Part shown: one piece after another, positions 18,110 to 26,885 of the stretch
Position numbering within the stretch: the first letter of the stretch is position 1
How the letters are laid out: the number at the start of each line of letters is the position of its first letter
Virus record (IMG/VR): IMGVR_UViG_3300009826_000001
Coordinates: 64,001 to 127,488 of that record
Direction: 5' to 3' (one strand)
Source: a virus
Taxonomy: Duplodnaviria > Heunggongvirae > Uroviricota > Caudoviricetes
DNA: 63,488 nucleotides
Position numbers and translations under genes: made by a program
Notes under the pieces: generated by a model
The model's input: the letters and a program-made list of their open reading frames with translations, nothing else
What the model was told of the DNA's origin: nothing
Database searches by the model: none

Positions 18110-18483
18110 CACTGTCCCTTCTGGACGAGGTTGTCGTACGGCAGGAATTCTTGTCCAGCTTCCAGGAGCTGCCTCTCCTGAGTCTTGAGGCGCGTTTGCG
18201 CATGGTGATCGCGGTCGTAAGCAAGATGACACCGCTGGCACATGGCCAGCAGGTTATCGCCGCGACAATTCTCGGGGGTGTGATCCAGGTGGGCGACGGT
18301 CAGGATGATCCGAGCGCCCGTTTCCGGGCTGGTCCCGTAGTCCTCCCGGCCGCACCAGCCGTGGTGGCACCCGCAGTGCCCGGAGCACTCGCAGCGGCTG
18401 TGCGCGCGGTCCAGCCGGATGTGCCGGCTGATGGCCGGCCAGTCCTTGGGGTAGCGATCGCGCTGGCTAGGCCGTATCGGCAT
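18109..18483 (-). CDS. HNH endonuclease-like protein
   Basis: MPIRP...YPKDW...LTVAHLDHTPENC...NLLAMCQRCHLAYD. Confidence 0.8.
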   Translation of the reverse strand: MPIRPSQRDRYPKDWPAISRHIRLDRAHSRCECSGHCGCHHGWCGREDYGTSPETGARIILTVAHLDHTPENCRGDNLLAMCQRCHLAYDRDHHAQTRLKTQERQLLEAGQEFLPYDNLVQKGQ

Positions 18484-18901
18484 TCGCGTCTTCCAGGGTG
18501 ATAGCCGGAGAGGGGACGATCCGCACGCGGGACTGGCCGAACACCGATGCCACCTCGCTAGCCTGCTCCTTGGCGCGCTGTAGTGAGCCGTCCGAGCTGT
18601 AGCGCACCCACTCGTCCTCCACGGACTCGCGCAGCTGCATCGGGCTACTCACCTCGATATGCCACTTGGGGCTGTCCACGTCCTCGATGTCACGCATCCG
18701 ATAGCTGCTCAGGTAGCGATCGAAGCCTTCCATCTCGACCAGCTCGCCGCGGTCGTCTTCCACTCCGACCAGGCACAGGTCCGTGTCCTCATCGCCCTCA
18801 TGGGTGAAGATGGCCGCCGCGCGCCGCAGCGCTGCCTTGCCGTCCTCGGCCAGCTCGACCTCGAGGATGCTGCGATTGCGGTACCACACCTTGTACGCCA
18901 T
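18467..18901 (-). CDS. Hypothetical protein
   Basis: 144 aa, coupled to neighbours. Confidence 0.55.
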   Translation of the reverse strand: MAYKVWYRNRSILEVELAEDGKAALRRAAAIFTHEGDEDTDLCLVGVEDDRGELVEMEGFDRYLSSYRMRDIEDVDSPKWHIEVSSPMQLRESVEDEWVRYSSDGSLQRAKEQASEVASVFGQSRVRIVPSPAITLEDANADTA

Positions 18902-18904
18902 GTG

Positions 18905-19294
18905 TCATCCTACCCGTAGTTGATCTGCTGCGCGTTGGTGCGCCGTGGCAGCACGGCGCCGGTATTCCCAGCGCAGGTTGTCCAGGCTGTTGTTCGTGAC
19001 GTCCCCGTCGATGTTGACCGCGTCCATCCCGAACGGCTGTGGCCCCACGAACGCCAGCAGCATCAGGCGCCGGATGGGCACCTGCTGGCACTCACCGCCG
19101 TGCCACAGGTTGGCCGCCGTCGTGCCACAGGGCCGCTTAGTGAGCGTCAGCGGCCGGCCCGAGATCACGCGCCGGCTCTGCTGGCCCGAGCGCATCAGCT
19201 TGGCGCCGACCTTGCGCGGGATCGAGTAGACAACGCCGTCGTCGGAAATCTTGTACCCCGGGTAACCGGGGATTTTGCGCCACTGCGTCGTCAC
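18905..19294 (-). CDS. NUMOD4-HNH-like protein, catalytic His apparently missing
   Basis: WRKIPGYPGYKISDDG; LMLLAFVG...AVNIDGDVTNNSLDNLRW. Confidence 0.7.
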   Translation of the reverse strand: MTTQWRKIPGYPGYKISDDGVVYSIPRKVGAKLMRSGQQSRRVISGRPLTLTKRPCGTTAANLWHGGECQQVPIRRLMLLAFVGPQPFGMDAVNIDGDVTNNSLDNLRWEYRRRAATAHQRAADQLRVG

Positions 19295-19367
19295 CCCAAC
19301 AGTTTGTCATGGCCGGGCGTGTTCACCGGCACAGCGACACGCACCGCCAATTACCATGAGAAATGCG

Positions 19368-19550
19368 ATGACCGGACCAGCTCCAATCGGCGCTACAACC
19401 AACCTGTGCCCTTGGTGCGGTCACGCCAACTACGTGCACAACGACCGGGGTTGCACCTACGTCAGCGAAGCGCGCTCGTCACATGAAGTGCCCTGGGCCT
19501 GCGACTGCGACCACCCCCACCCGCTACTGAGAGAAGACGATGGCGCATAG
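19368..19550 (+). CDS. Small Cys/His-rich protein
   Basis: CPWCGH...H...C...CDC. Confidence 0.45.
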   Translation: MTGPAPIGATTNLCPWCGHANYVHNDRGCTYVSEARSSHEVPWACDCDHPHPLLREDDGA

Positions 19551-19815
19551 GGACCACCCCACCGTCGATGGCGGGGTCTGCACCGCCGCCGACCTGTGCT
19601 CGTCCTGCCGCGCGATGGCCGAACACGAACGCATAGCGGCTCGCCAGACGAACTGGATCGGCTGTGCGGTCTGCCTGAACCTGACCGGCCAGCGCGTGCC
19701 GGCCGAGTTCATCGCCGGCGGTCTGTCGGTCTGCGAGAAGCATGTCGAGCTGGCGAGCCACAAGAACATCTGGGACATCATCCGGGACAACCCGCGGATA
19801 AAGGGCGCAACTTAG
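19540..19815 (+). CDS. Small Cys-rich protein
   Basis: CSSC...CAVC...CEKH. Confidence 0.5.
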   Translation: MAHRDHPTVDGGVCTAADLCSSCRAMAEHERIAARQTNWIGCAVCLNLTGQRVPAEFIAGGLSVCEKHVELASHKNIWDIIRDNPRIKGAT

Positions 19816-20461
19816 ACCATCGCTTGCGTTGGTAGACGGTGATCTGGTCGTGGATCGCCCACCACTGCACCGGCGTGTGCACGTCTACCTCGCGCCACTG
19901 ATCGTCGAGCAGCTCATGTAGGTCGTCGTCGCCGGTGCAGCCGCCGGAGCCCTCGCCGATGTAGATGATCCGGCTGCCCTTGTACTCGCGCACGGTTCTA
20001 AACCCACCGGGCTCAGAGTAGGGCGGCCATGCCAGCAGCAGCGTGCGGTCGGGATGGTTGTCGATGACCACCTCGCCATAGCCCTGGGCGACCGGGGCCC
20101 ACAACGGGTGCTTCTGATGCCAGGGGTTGTCCTTGGGCGAGGCGTCGTAGCTCACCACGTCGATGCCGCACTGGCCCAGCAGGAACGCCCAGTAGCCGGT
20201 CCCGGCCATCGGGTCGACCAGGCCGTTACGGACATGGCTGGCGACGAACCCCACGCTGTCGGGATCGGTGATCGTCCAGGCGTAGCGCGCGACCAGTTTG
20301 TTGCGATCCGGGATCGCAGCGAACTCCTCGTCGGTCAACTCCAGGCGGCGCCCATACTCGTCACACCGGCCGAACAGCCGGCCCACAGTGCGGCCCTCCC
20401 ACGGCACTTCCGGTGGACGCACATAGTCGCGCACGGTGTCCCAGTAGGGATTGGTCATCAT
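19778..20461 (-). CDS. Putative SAM-dependent methyltransferase
   Basis: LVDPMAGTGYW (motif I), LLLAWPPY, IIYIGEGSGGCTGD. Confidence 0.7.
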   Translation of the reverse strand: MMTNPYWDTVRDYVRPPEVPWEGRTVGRLFGRCDEYGRRLELTDEEFAAIPDRNKLVARYAWTITDPDSVGFVASHVRNGLVDPMAGTGYWAFLLGQCGIDVVSYDASPKDNPWHQKHPLWAPVAQGYGEVVIDNHPDRTLLLAWPPYSEPGGFRTVREYKGSRIIYIGEGSGGCTGDDDLHELLDDQWREVDVHTPVQWWAIHDQITVYQRKRWSKLRPLSAGCPG

Positions 20462-20589
20462 TTGTTCACGCGCCTAATCTTGTCCGCCACGATCTCCCAC
20501 ATCAGCTGGCCCATCCGAAATCCCAGCACCCAGCTGGTCACACCCGCCAGCCAGCAAACCCAGAGCCACATATCAACCACCGCGCTCAT
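20458..20589 (-). CDS. Small TM protein
   Basis: ATGA overlaps; hydrophobic. Confidence 0.4.
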   Translation of the reverse strand: MSAVVDMWLWVCWLAGVTSWVLGFRMGQLMWEIVADKIRRVNK

Positions 20590-20756
20590 TGGTCGATCCC
20601 AAAGATGCGGTTGAGCACCCGTTGCCAGGGCTTCTGGATGAACGCCCCGTACACGATGTGCCCGATCAGCACGCCCAGAAGCAAGCTGGGAATCCAGATC
20701 CACGCCGGGAGTCCGTCACCTATCCAGTCCGAGATCCAGCGCCAGACGCCGCTCAT
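20586..20756 (-). CDS. Small TM protein
   Basis: ATGA overlaps; WIWIPSLLLGVLIGHIVYG. Confidence 0.45.
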   Translation of the reverse strand: MSGVWRWISDWIGDGLPAWIWIPSLLLGVLIGHIVYGAFIQKPWQRVLNRIFGIDQ

Positions 20757-21562
20757 GATCGCGCCTTTGCGATGAGACAGTTCACGGAGGGCTGATCGCG
20801 CCAATAGCCTTGGTAGGTGTCGATCAGCCATTGATCCAGCTGTTCCCGGTCGGCATGGTCAGGCAGATCGGACGAGACTGTGTGCGCAACCAGTTCGTCG
20901 CGCAGATCCTCGATGCTGTCCAGGACGGTCTGCTTGTCGACGCCACCGCGCCGCACGTCAAGTAGCCAGTCGCACTGGGGCTGTGGGATCGGCAGGGTGA
21001 TCTTGCCGCTGCTCAGCAGCTCCACTCCCTGAAACCCGAGCCGTAGCGCGTGGTAGGCGAATTTGGTGTCGAAACCGTGGATTTTGATCAACTCAGGCCG
21101 GTTGGTGCGTTGAGAGCGCAGGCCCAGCATCCGATCGCGCTGCCCGTCGAGGTAGCCGATGAACCGGCGCCCGCAGTCGCGGCTCAAGAACATAGGCGCG
21201 TTCTTCTGCAGCTCCACGCCTGGCAGCCCTACAGACACCACCTCGTGTGCCGGGACGAACAACAGCAGCAGCACGGTGGGATTGCCGGCGGCGGCCAGCC
21301 GTGCCCATTTCCGCAGCGAGTAGATGACCAGGTCCAAGTCGCCCGGTCCCGACCGCACCCCCTCGGGCTGGGTGCGGTATTGGTATTGCTCGAAACGCCG
21401 GAGCCCGATCACGCACTCGGGCGGCTCGATGCAGACCCCCATCTCGTCGCGGTCGTCGGTCCCGGCCACCGTCACGCCGTGCAGCCCGGAACCGACCTGG
21501 GCGCGCAGGATCGTGTTGTCGATGGCGATCTGGCGGTGCCAGTCGCTGGTGTGTGCGCTCAT
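20753..21562 (-). CDS. Nucleotidyltransferase (Pol-beta superfamily)
   Basis: QVGSGLHG...DDRDEMG (GS + DxD), YSLRKW...GNPTVL. Confidence 0.85.
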   Translation of the reverse strand: MSAHTSDWHRQIAIDNTILRAQVGSGLHGVTVAGTDDRDEMGVCIEPPECVIGLRRFEQYQYRTQPEGVRSGPGDLDLVIYSLRKWARLAAAGNPTVLLLLFVPAHEVVSVGLPGVELQKNAPMFLSRDCGRRFIGYLDGQRDRMLGLRSQRTNRPELIKIHGFDTKFAYHALRLGFQGVELLSSGKITLPIPQPQCDWLLDVRRGGVDKQTVLDSIEDLRDELVAHTVSSDLPDHADREQLDQWLIDTYQGYWRDQPSVNCLIAKARS

Positions 21563-21729
21563 ACTGGGATGTCCTTCGGGTCGATACGGACGTAGATGCC
21601 CGAGCGTGTCGTTTTCTTGCACAGCACGCACTGCTCGGTGTCGCGGAATTCCTCTCTCATCCGTATCGGCTCTCCACGGTTGAGGCCGGCGTAGCAGGTG
21701 TCGCAGACAGGATGCGTCCAGCCGGGCAC
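21559..21729 (-). CDS. Small CxxC protein
   Basis: Translated by eye: MPGWTHPVCDTC...CVLC...; overlap-coupled. Confidence 0.4.
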   Translation of the reverse strand: MPGWTHPVCDTCYAGLNRGEPIRMREEFRDTEQCVLCKKTTRSGIYVRIDPKDIPV

Positions 21730-21863
21730 TAGCCAATCTCCTTAAGGTGTCCGCACGCGAGGAGGGCGACGCGCTCGCCGTCCTCGTCGCGGCCTACTTT
21801 GGTGACCTCCTGCTGCCCGTGCTCGGTGCAGTACAGATGCCACGGCGGCAGGTATTGCGCCAT
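21729..21863 (-). CDS. Small hypothetical protein
   Basis: MAQYLPPWHLYCTEHG...LACGH; SD AAGGAGG. Confidence 0.45.
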   Translation of the reverse strand: MAQYLPPWHLYCTEHGQQEVTKVGRDEDGERVALLACGHLKEIG

Positions 21864-21864
21864 G

Positions 21865-22104
21865 TCAGCCCTCCTTCATCTCGGCGAGCTCGCGCCACAG
21901 CTTCGCGGTGTCACGCCAGCAGTTCGACACGCTGCGCCACATGTCCACGGATTTCTGATAGCCGATCATGCTGCACATCAGCAGCGCGATGAGCAGATGA
22001 TTCCAGTCATGGCCAGCCGCAAAGAACGTCCACACGTTCACCACCGCCGCGCACAGGTAGACCGTGATGCAGAAGTGTGACCATTTCAGATGGTTGTCGT
22101 TCAC
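21865..22104 (-). CDS. Two-TM membrane protein
   Basis: SD GGAGGA; hydrophobic segments. Confidence 0.5.
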   Translation of the reverse strand: MNDNHLKWSHFCITVYLCAAVVNVWTFFAAGHDWNHLLIALLMCSMIGYQKSVDMWRSVSNCWRDTAKLWRELAEMKEG

Positions 22105-22292
22105 CGGCCCATCCTCCTTGCCTCGGCGGTGTGCTGGCGGCCCTCGGTCTGAGCACGGTCCCAGGCGAACGCGACGTTCGGAATTGCAAGGTGGTTGCGA
22201 CCCATCCAGTTGCATCCCCGCGCCGTGCACCGGGCGCGACACCCGGCCCCGGTGAAATTGATTGTGGTGTTGTGATATTCAGCCATGTTCAT
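22101..22292 (-). CDS. Small hypothetical protein
   Basis: SD GAAAGGA; CxxxxC-x-W. Confidence 0.4.
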   Translation of the reverse strand: MNMAEYHNTTINFTGAGCRARCTARGCNWMGRNHLAIPNVAFAWDRAQTEGRQHTAEARRMGR

Positions 22293-22297
22293 CCTTT

Positions 22298-22993
22298 CTA
22301 GGTTGTGACGTGGTTACCCGGTTCCGGGCAACGTCGCGGCAAAGCATGAAGCGTGCGAATGTCGTGAACGCGCTCGGGCAGCACGACCACCTCATACTCA
22401 AAGCGGCGCTCGAGATAGGCGATGACGTCGGTGCGGTAGACCCAGCCGTGCGCGACGAAGCTGTCCTCACAGGGCCCACAGCGCGTGGCATACCAGCCGG
22501 CGATCACCGAGTTGGTGGTCCAGCTCAGGCCGTCCTGCGTACCCCGGCTGCTGTACCCGCGGTAGATGAACGCCTTGCCGGGGAATATCTCGACGAACCG
22601 TCGCGACTCGCCCTCGGTCATCATGTGGTCGCTGTGGCGCCGGCGTGACGAGAGCAGCTCGCGCCAGGTCGCCATGTCGCGCCAGAGGCTCTGCGCAGCG
22701 CAGTAGAGCTCACCGAGTAGTCGCCAATACTGCTTGTCGGTCAGGTGATCCTCAATCTCGGCCAGCGCGTCGAGCCGGTGACCCTCAGCGTGTAGCTCGA
22801 TGAACCGCTTCCAGTCCTTATCGACGAACGCGCAGGCGGCCTGGATGCGCTTGTTGCGCAGCATCGCGTTGTAGAACTCGTTGAATTCCGGGCGGTGGGA
22901 CTCCGAGTACACCAAAGGGTGAGTGATGGTCACCGATCCGTCGTCGTGCTCACGGCGGTGAGCTAACAGCTCCGGGTCGAGGTCGACGATCAT
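22298..22993 (-). CDS. Putative ADP-ribosyltransferase-like protein (R-S-E motifs)
   Basis: IYRG, GLSWT, RFEYEVVV in the canonical order; ATGA overlap start. Confidence 0.5.
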   Translation of the reverse strand: MIVDLDPELLAHRREHDDGSVTITHPLVYSESHRPEFNEFYNAMLRNKRIQAACAFVDKDWKRFIELHAEGHRLDALAEIEDHLTDKQYWRLLGELYCAAQSLWRDMATWRELLSSRRRHSDHMMTEGESRRFVEIFPGKAFIYRGYSSRGTQDGLSWTTNSVIAGWYATRCGPCEDSFVAHGWVYRTDVIAYLERRFEYEVVVLPERVHDIRTLHALPRRCPEPGNHVTT

Positions 22994-23184
22994 CGCCGAA
23001 CCACCTTGATGCCGTTGGTGCGCCAGGCGTTCAGCAACTTCACCGCAGCGCGTTCGGCGCCGCTCTCGGTGGTGTAATGCCGGCACGACCGGGCCACCGT
23101 GGCGTTGTTGGGCGCATTGATCCACCACATCCACCACCCGTCCATCGACTGCTGGGTGCTGATCTCATACGGCCTTACGCTCAC
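22990..23184 (-). CDS. DUF1508/YegP-like small protein
   Basis: WWMWWINAPNNATVARS..Y...GAERA. Confidence 0.45.
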   Translation of the reverse strand: MSVRPYEISTQQSMDGWWMWWINAPNNATVARSCRHYTTESGAERAAVKLLNAWRTNGIKVVRR

Positions 23185-23351
23185 AGCACCGGCTCCTGAA
23201 TCCGCACCCACAACTCGACCTGGTAGTTGCAGCTGATCTTGTAGTCACCGGCCAACTGGTGGTGGCGCAGTGTGGCGCAGAACGTCTCCAGGTCGGCCAG
23301 CGTGAAGGGCGTCTTGAGCTCTAACTGCCGGAAATGATTGATCGCGGTCAT
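23181..23351 (-). CDS. Small hypothetical protein
   Basis: Overlap-coupled at both ends; SD GAAAGGA. Confidence 0.4.
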   Translation of the reverse strand: MTAINHFRQLELKTPFTLADLETFCATLRHHQLAGDYKISCNYQVELWVRIQEPVL

Positions 23352-23698
23352 GGCGTTCCTTTCAGTCGCGCCGCGGCCTGCTCGACAGCGTCCAGTCTCC
23401 GTAGCCGCTCGTTTTCCTCGCGGATCGCCTGGCCGAACTCAATGTGGTCAAGCTGGTGCCGCAGGGCCTCAACAGCAGGAATGTCCTCCAGGCTTACCGG
23501 GGGATACGCACCGTGGATACCGGCCGTCAGATCACCCGACATCAGCGCGTTGTGTTGAGCATCGGCGCGTTCGGCCAACGCCGCCAGATGCTTGTGCTCT
23601 AGCCGCCGTGTGATCCGCCGGTCATCAATCAGCATCAAGCAGAACGGGACGAGCGCGATGAAGACCAGCAAGAGTAGTCCGAACACGTCTTTGCTCAT
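23348..23698 (-). CDS. Membrane-anchored protein with RADxQH...G.HG.YPP motif
   Basis: N-terminal TM; motif shared with 62101-62283. Confidence 0.6.
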   Translation of the reverse strand: MSKDVFGLLLLVFIALVPFCLMLIDDRRITRRLEHKHLAALAERADAQHNALMSGDLTAGIHGAYPPVSLEDIPAVEALRHQLDHIEFGQAIREENERLRRLDAVEQAAARLKGTP

Positions 23699-24171
23699 GC
23701 GGTTTCCAGTCCTTTCCCGGTAGGTATGCCCGGCTGCCAGTCGCGCTGGCGTGCCGCCGTGCGGCCGTACTGCGCCTCCATCTCCTCCTGTGTGCCCACG
23801 TTGCTCACCCAGAGCAGGAACGGGAACTGTTCCTCCCAGCCCTCCGGCACGACCCACAGGTGGTACTCGTTGGCCGCGTCGGTGAGCGCGGACTCCGGTG
23901 GAAACACCTCGCAGGCCAGCCGTTCAGGGCCAGCGACCTCGTTCTTGATCGCCTGGAAATGGCGCCAGTCGCGTACCGCGGCCCGGTTGTGCCGATGGAA
24001 GCTGATGTGCAGCGCACCCTCGCCGATCTCACGGACAAACACCGAGTACAGATCGTTGACGTAGGTGCGGTCGGGAACGGATAGGCCGTTGCTGACGAAC
24101 GGCTCCGGGTCGGCCGGCGCGCACAGCCGTAAGGGCTGCCAACGCCGCACGGGTTTGCGCTTGGCCTTCAT
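23695..24171 (-). CDS. Conserved hypothetical phage protein
   Basis: LHISF...DWRHFQAIKNEVAGPE...EVFPPES.L.D.AN.YHLWV, a widespread phage domain. Confidence 0.7.
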   Translation of the reverse strand: MKAKRKPVRRWQPLRLCAPADPEPFVSNGLSVPDRTYVNDLYSVFVREIGEGALHISFHRHNRAAVRDWRHFQAIKNEVAGPERLACEVFPPESALTDAANEYHLWVVPEGWEEQFPFLLWVSNVGTQEEMEAQYGRTAARQRDWQPGIPTGKGLETA

Positions 24172-24320
24172 CGCGGCTCACCCGTGGGTTCCGCTTCCGG
24201 CTGCTCCTTGTCGGCACGCCGGAGTCGGCGATTGCAGCTCGCGACGTTGGTACAGCTACCCTCGACCATTCCACTTGTCGAGCGGCGTCCGCATCGGTTG
24301 CACTCGACCAACTCCCTCAT
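24168..24320 (-). CDS. Small Cys-rich protein
   Basis: CNRC...C...C; ATGA overlaps. Confidence 0.4.
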   Translation of the reverse strand: MRELVECNRCGRRSTSGMVEGSCTNVASCNRRLRRADKEQPEAEPTGEPR

Positions 24321-24748
24321 GAGTGCGTCCCGTTCAGTTCGGCAGTCCCGACGCGATAGCGATCGCGATCCACCTTGTGTGCCATGTCGCGGTCGATCAG
24401 CTTCCGCAGCCGGTAGAGCGCCCCGGCGTGGGAGAGCCCGAACGCCTTGGCCATCTCATCGGCAGCCACGCCCTCGGCGCGATCGGCAGCGGCCAACCAC
24501 GCCCAGCTCTCGTCCATCTCCTTGGTCAGCGGCCGGTCGGCCTTGGGTGCTACCAGTTGCTTACGGATCTGCTCGGCTGATCGCGCCCGCTTCTGCTTGC
24601 GCTTGGGCGCCTCGGCGCGCTGGAGCTTGACCGGCTTGGGTGCGGCGATCGGAGCCGGCGCGTAGAGCTCACGCACGAACTCGGCGGCGGTCGGGCTATC
24701 GGGAGTTTCGACGGTGATAGTGCCGTCCGGGCTGATGGTCAGTTTCAT
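24317..24748 (-). CDS. Winged-HTH DNA-binding protein
   Basis: GVAADEMAKAFGLSHAGALYRLRKL. Confidence 0.6.
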   Translation of the reverse strand: MKLTISPDGTITVETPDSPTAAEFVRELYAPAPIAAPKPVKLQRAEAPKRKQKRARSAEQIRKQLVAPKADRPLTKEMDESWAWLAAADRAEGVAADEMAKAFGLSHAGALYRLRKLIDRDMAHKVDRDRYRVGTAELNGTHS

Positions 24749-25110
24749 GCCGTCTTCCTCTTTCGGGGTTGGACCTTCTTAGGCTTGGGCGTCTTAGTCA
24801 CACCACCGCGCAGTGCGATGTTGCGTGCCCTGATACGGGCCCGGTCGTCGGCCGTCATGATGTAGCCGCGGTGACCTTCAACCTTGTAGCCGGGCGGGTA
24901 GTCGTATGTGGGACTGGTTACCGGCCGAAACGCCTTGTCGAGTTTCTGTGTTTTGTGCGTGCCGCAGTTATCGCACCGGACGGTGCGCCATATCTCCCAG
25001 TGCTCCGTGCGCCTGTTGAACACCTCGCGGGCGACCTCGCTGTCGGGACTCCACGCGTGCCGCATGTCCTTGCACCACAGGTACTCGGGGGGGATCTCGT
25101 CGGCGAACAT
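24745..25110 (-). CDS. Hypothetical protein with basic tail
   Basis: Strong SD in CCCCACGAAAGGAG; WCKDMRHAW, CDNC. Confidence 0.65.
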   Translation of the reverse strand: MFADEIPPEYLWCKDMRHAWSPDSEVAREVFNRRTEHWEIWRTVRCDNCGTHKTQKLDKAFRPVTSPTYDYPPGYKVEGHRGYIMTADDRARIRARNIALRGGVTKTPKPKKVQPRKRKTA

Positions 25111-25180
25111 CGAACTCCTTTCGTGGGGCTATTTTTGCCGTGATTGTACGACAGGATTGCCAACGCGTTAGTAGACACGC

Positions 25181-25393
25181 TCATCGGTAGTCGATCCCCC
25201 ACCCCTCGGGGATGGGCCAGACTTCGAGGCAGGTGCTGCACTGCAAGTGCTCGTCGCCAGCACCCTCCTCGCTGAAATCTTCGGAGCCGCTGTAGAAAGC
25301 AATGAGTGTTCGCGACTTCTCATCGAACTGGGTGTGCCACGTCCTGATGTAGCCGGTCTCGGTGAGTCGCCAGTTGTGGTCGCAGTCGCTCAT
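25181..25393 (-). CDS. Small hypothetical protein
   Basis: CDH...CSTC; ATGA overlap. Confidence 0.5.
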   Translation of the reverse strand: MSDCDHNWRLTETGYIRTWHTQFDEKSRTLIAFYSGSEDFSEEGAGDEHLQCSTCLEVWPIPEGWGIDYR

Positions 25394-25809
25394 AGCCCTG
25401 GCACCTGGATGATCTGACTCCACCCGGGTGCCTCGATGACCTCGGGGCCGATCTGGCGGGTGGTCAGCGTGCGCAGATCGCGCGTCGGCAGGTACTGCGT
25501 GCCGGGCGCACCCAGATCCGGGAATCGTGTCTGGCCGTTCTCCGCAGACCAGCGCGCCCAGGTCTGCAGCGTGGCGATCGCAGCCGGGAAGTTGTCGTCG
25601 ATGGCCACCAGCTCGGCGTTGCCCTGGTCGATGAGATGCAGCTGGTAGCTCACCCGGTCGCCCTTACGCAGCGCGAGCAGCACCAGCGCCGGTGCGCTCA
25701 TGTCGCCGCCGACGTTGTGCCAGATCACCTCCTCCTTCGCCGCCGGCGGCTTAAGCAGTGCGTAGGCGATCCCGGCGCCGATCAGTCCGGGGATCACTGC
25801 TCCACCCAA
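25390..25809 (-). CDS. Hypothetical protein (possible N-terminal TM)
   Basis: ORF track; start uncertain. Confidence 0.45.
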   Translation of the reverse strand: MGGAVIPGLIGAGIAYALLKPPAAKEEVIWHNVGGDMSAPALVLLALRKGDRVSYQLHLIDQGNAELVAIDDNFPAAIATLQTWARWSAENGQTRFPDLGAPGTQYLPTRDLRTLTTRQIGPEVIEAPGWSQIIQVPGL

Positions 25810-26159
25810 GCCGGCCGGGGCCCAGTGATCGCGGGGCCGCGCTCATCGCCGAGTGGACCGAAATACTTCTCGGCGACCGGGATGCCCGCGTTCTGGATGA
25901 GCCAGTTCAGCGCCAGCTTCTCATCGACGAAATGCCACGTCGGGACGGTGCCTTCCCATTGCGACCAGCAATGCAATACCCAGCGCCCCTGGCCTGTTCG
26001 GTAGAGCCGCTGGTGGTCCCATTGCGAGCCGGTGGCCGCGGAGATGTTGTTATGGCCGTCCCAGTGAGTGTCCTCGTCGAACGCCGTGGCGGCGTCCCGG
26101 TCGAACCACCCCACCTGGAGCTCGCCGTCTTCCTCGTACTGCACGTCGATCCTGTCCAT
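25794..26159 (-). CDS. Hypothetical phage protein
   Basis: SD AAGGGAG; LYRTGQGRWVL motif common in phage proteins. Confidence 0.6.
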   Translation of the reverse strand: MDRIDVQYEEDGELQVGWFDRDAATAFDEDTHWDGHNNISAATGSQWDHQRLYRTGQGRWVLHCWSQWEGTVPTWHFVDEKLALNWLIQNAGIPVAEKYFGPLGDERGPAITGPRPAWVEQ

Positions 26160-26176
26160 GTCAGTTCTCCCTTCTG

Positions 26177-26764
26177 TCAGTTCTGCTCGAATTGCTCAAC
26201 ACCTGTGCGTACCTTGCGAAACGCGTTCATGGCCGGCCGTAACACTTCGTCGAACTTGCCGGCCGCGATGCGCTCCTGGCACCACTGCTGGAAGTCCTCG
26301 GGGATGGCAGCGCCCACCTTCATCCCGGCATGGATGGCGTCGGCGAAGCGACCACCCGTGGCCTCGGCGCCGAGCCGGTCCCACGCTCCCAATAGCACCC
26401 GGTTGTCGCGGCGGTGCAGCGCAGCCGAGTACATGCAGCTTCCATCGCGGGTGACGTGCAGAACCATGACCACCTCCTTTCGGTCGGGATGCTCTGAGGG
26501 CCGGAACTCAGGGTTGGTGCCCTTGGGCGCTTGGACCATCCAGGTCACCGAGGCGAAGACCGCCTCGTCGGGTTGGGTGACCGTGACGGCAGCCCCCATC
26601 AGGTCGGCAATGTCGTTCTTGGTTTCGTCGGCCATCGCCGCCAGGCCGAAGTAGAACTCCTGGCCACCGCGCCGGGTGATCAAAAACGGCATGAAGTCGG
26701 CTTCGCCCCGCAGGTCTTGCACCAGGGACTCGATGTGCTGTTGGGCATTGGTCAATGTGCTCAT
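26177..26764 (-). CDS. Hypothetical protein
   Basis: SD AAAGGAG; PSEHPDRKEVV motif. Confidence 0.65.
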   Translation of the reverse strand: MSTLTNAQQHIESLVQDLRGEADFMPFLITRRGGQEFYFGLAAMADETKNDIADLMGAAVTVTQPDEAVFASVTWMVQAPKGTNPEFRPSEHPDRKEVVMVLHVTRDGSCMYSAALHRRDNRVLLGAWDRLGAEATGGRFADAIHAGMKVGAAIPEDFQQWCQERIAAGKFDEVLRPAMNAFRKVRTGVEQFEQN

Positions 26765-26852
26765 GCTGCTCCTTTGTCTGAATTGTCGTGGGTTGGTAAG
26801 CTGATCGCGGTTCTCACGAGGAACCTTCTCCTTTGTCGTGGGGATAAAGGTG

Positions 26853-26880
26853 GACGGCCCCGGCTTTCGCCGGGGCCGTC
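26853..26880 (-). terminator. Hairpin downstream of the clamp gene
   Basis: GACGGCCCCGG-N6-CCGGGGCCGTC; weak U-tract. Confidence 0.55.
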
Positions 26881-26885
26881 ATTCT

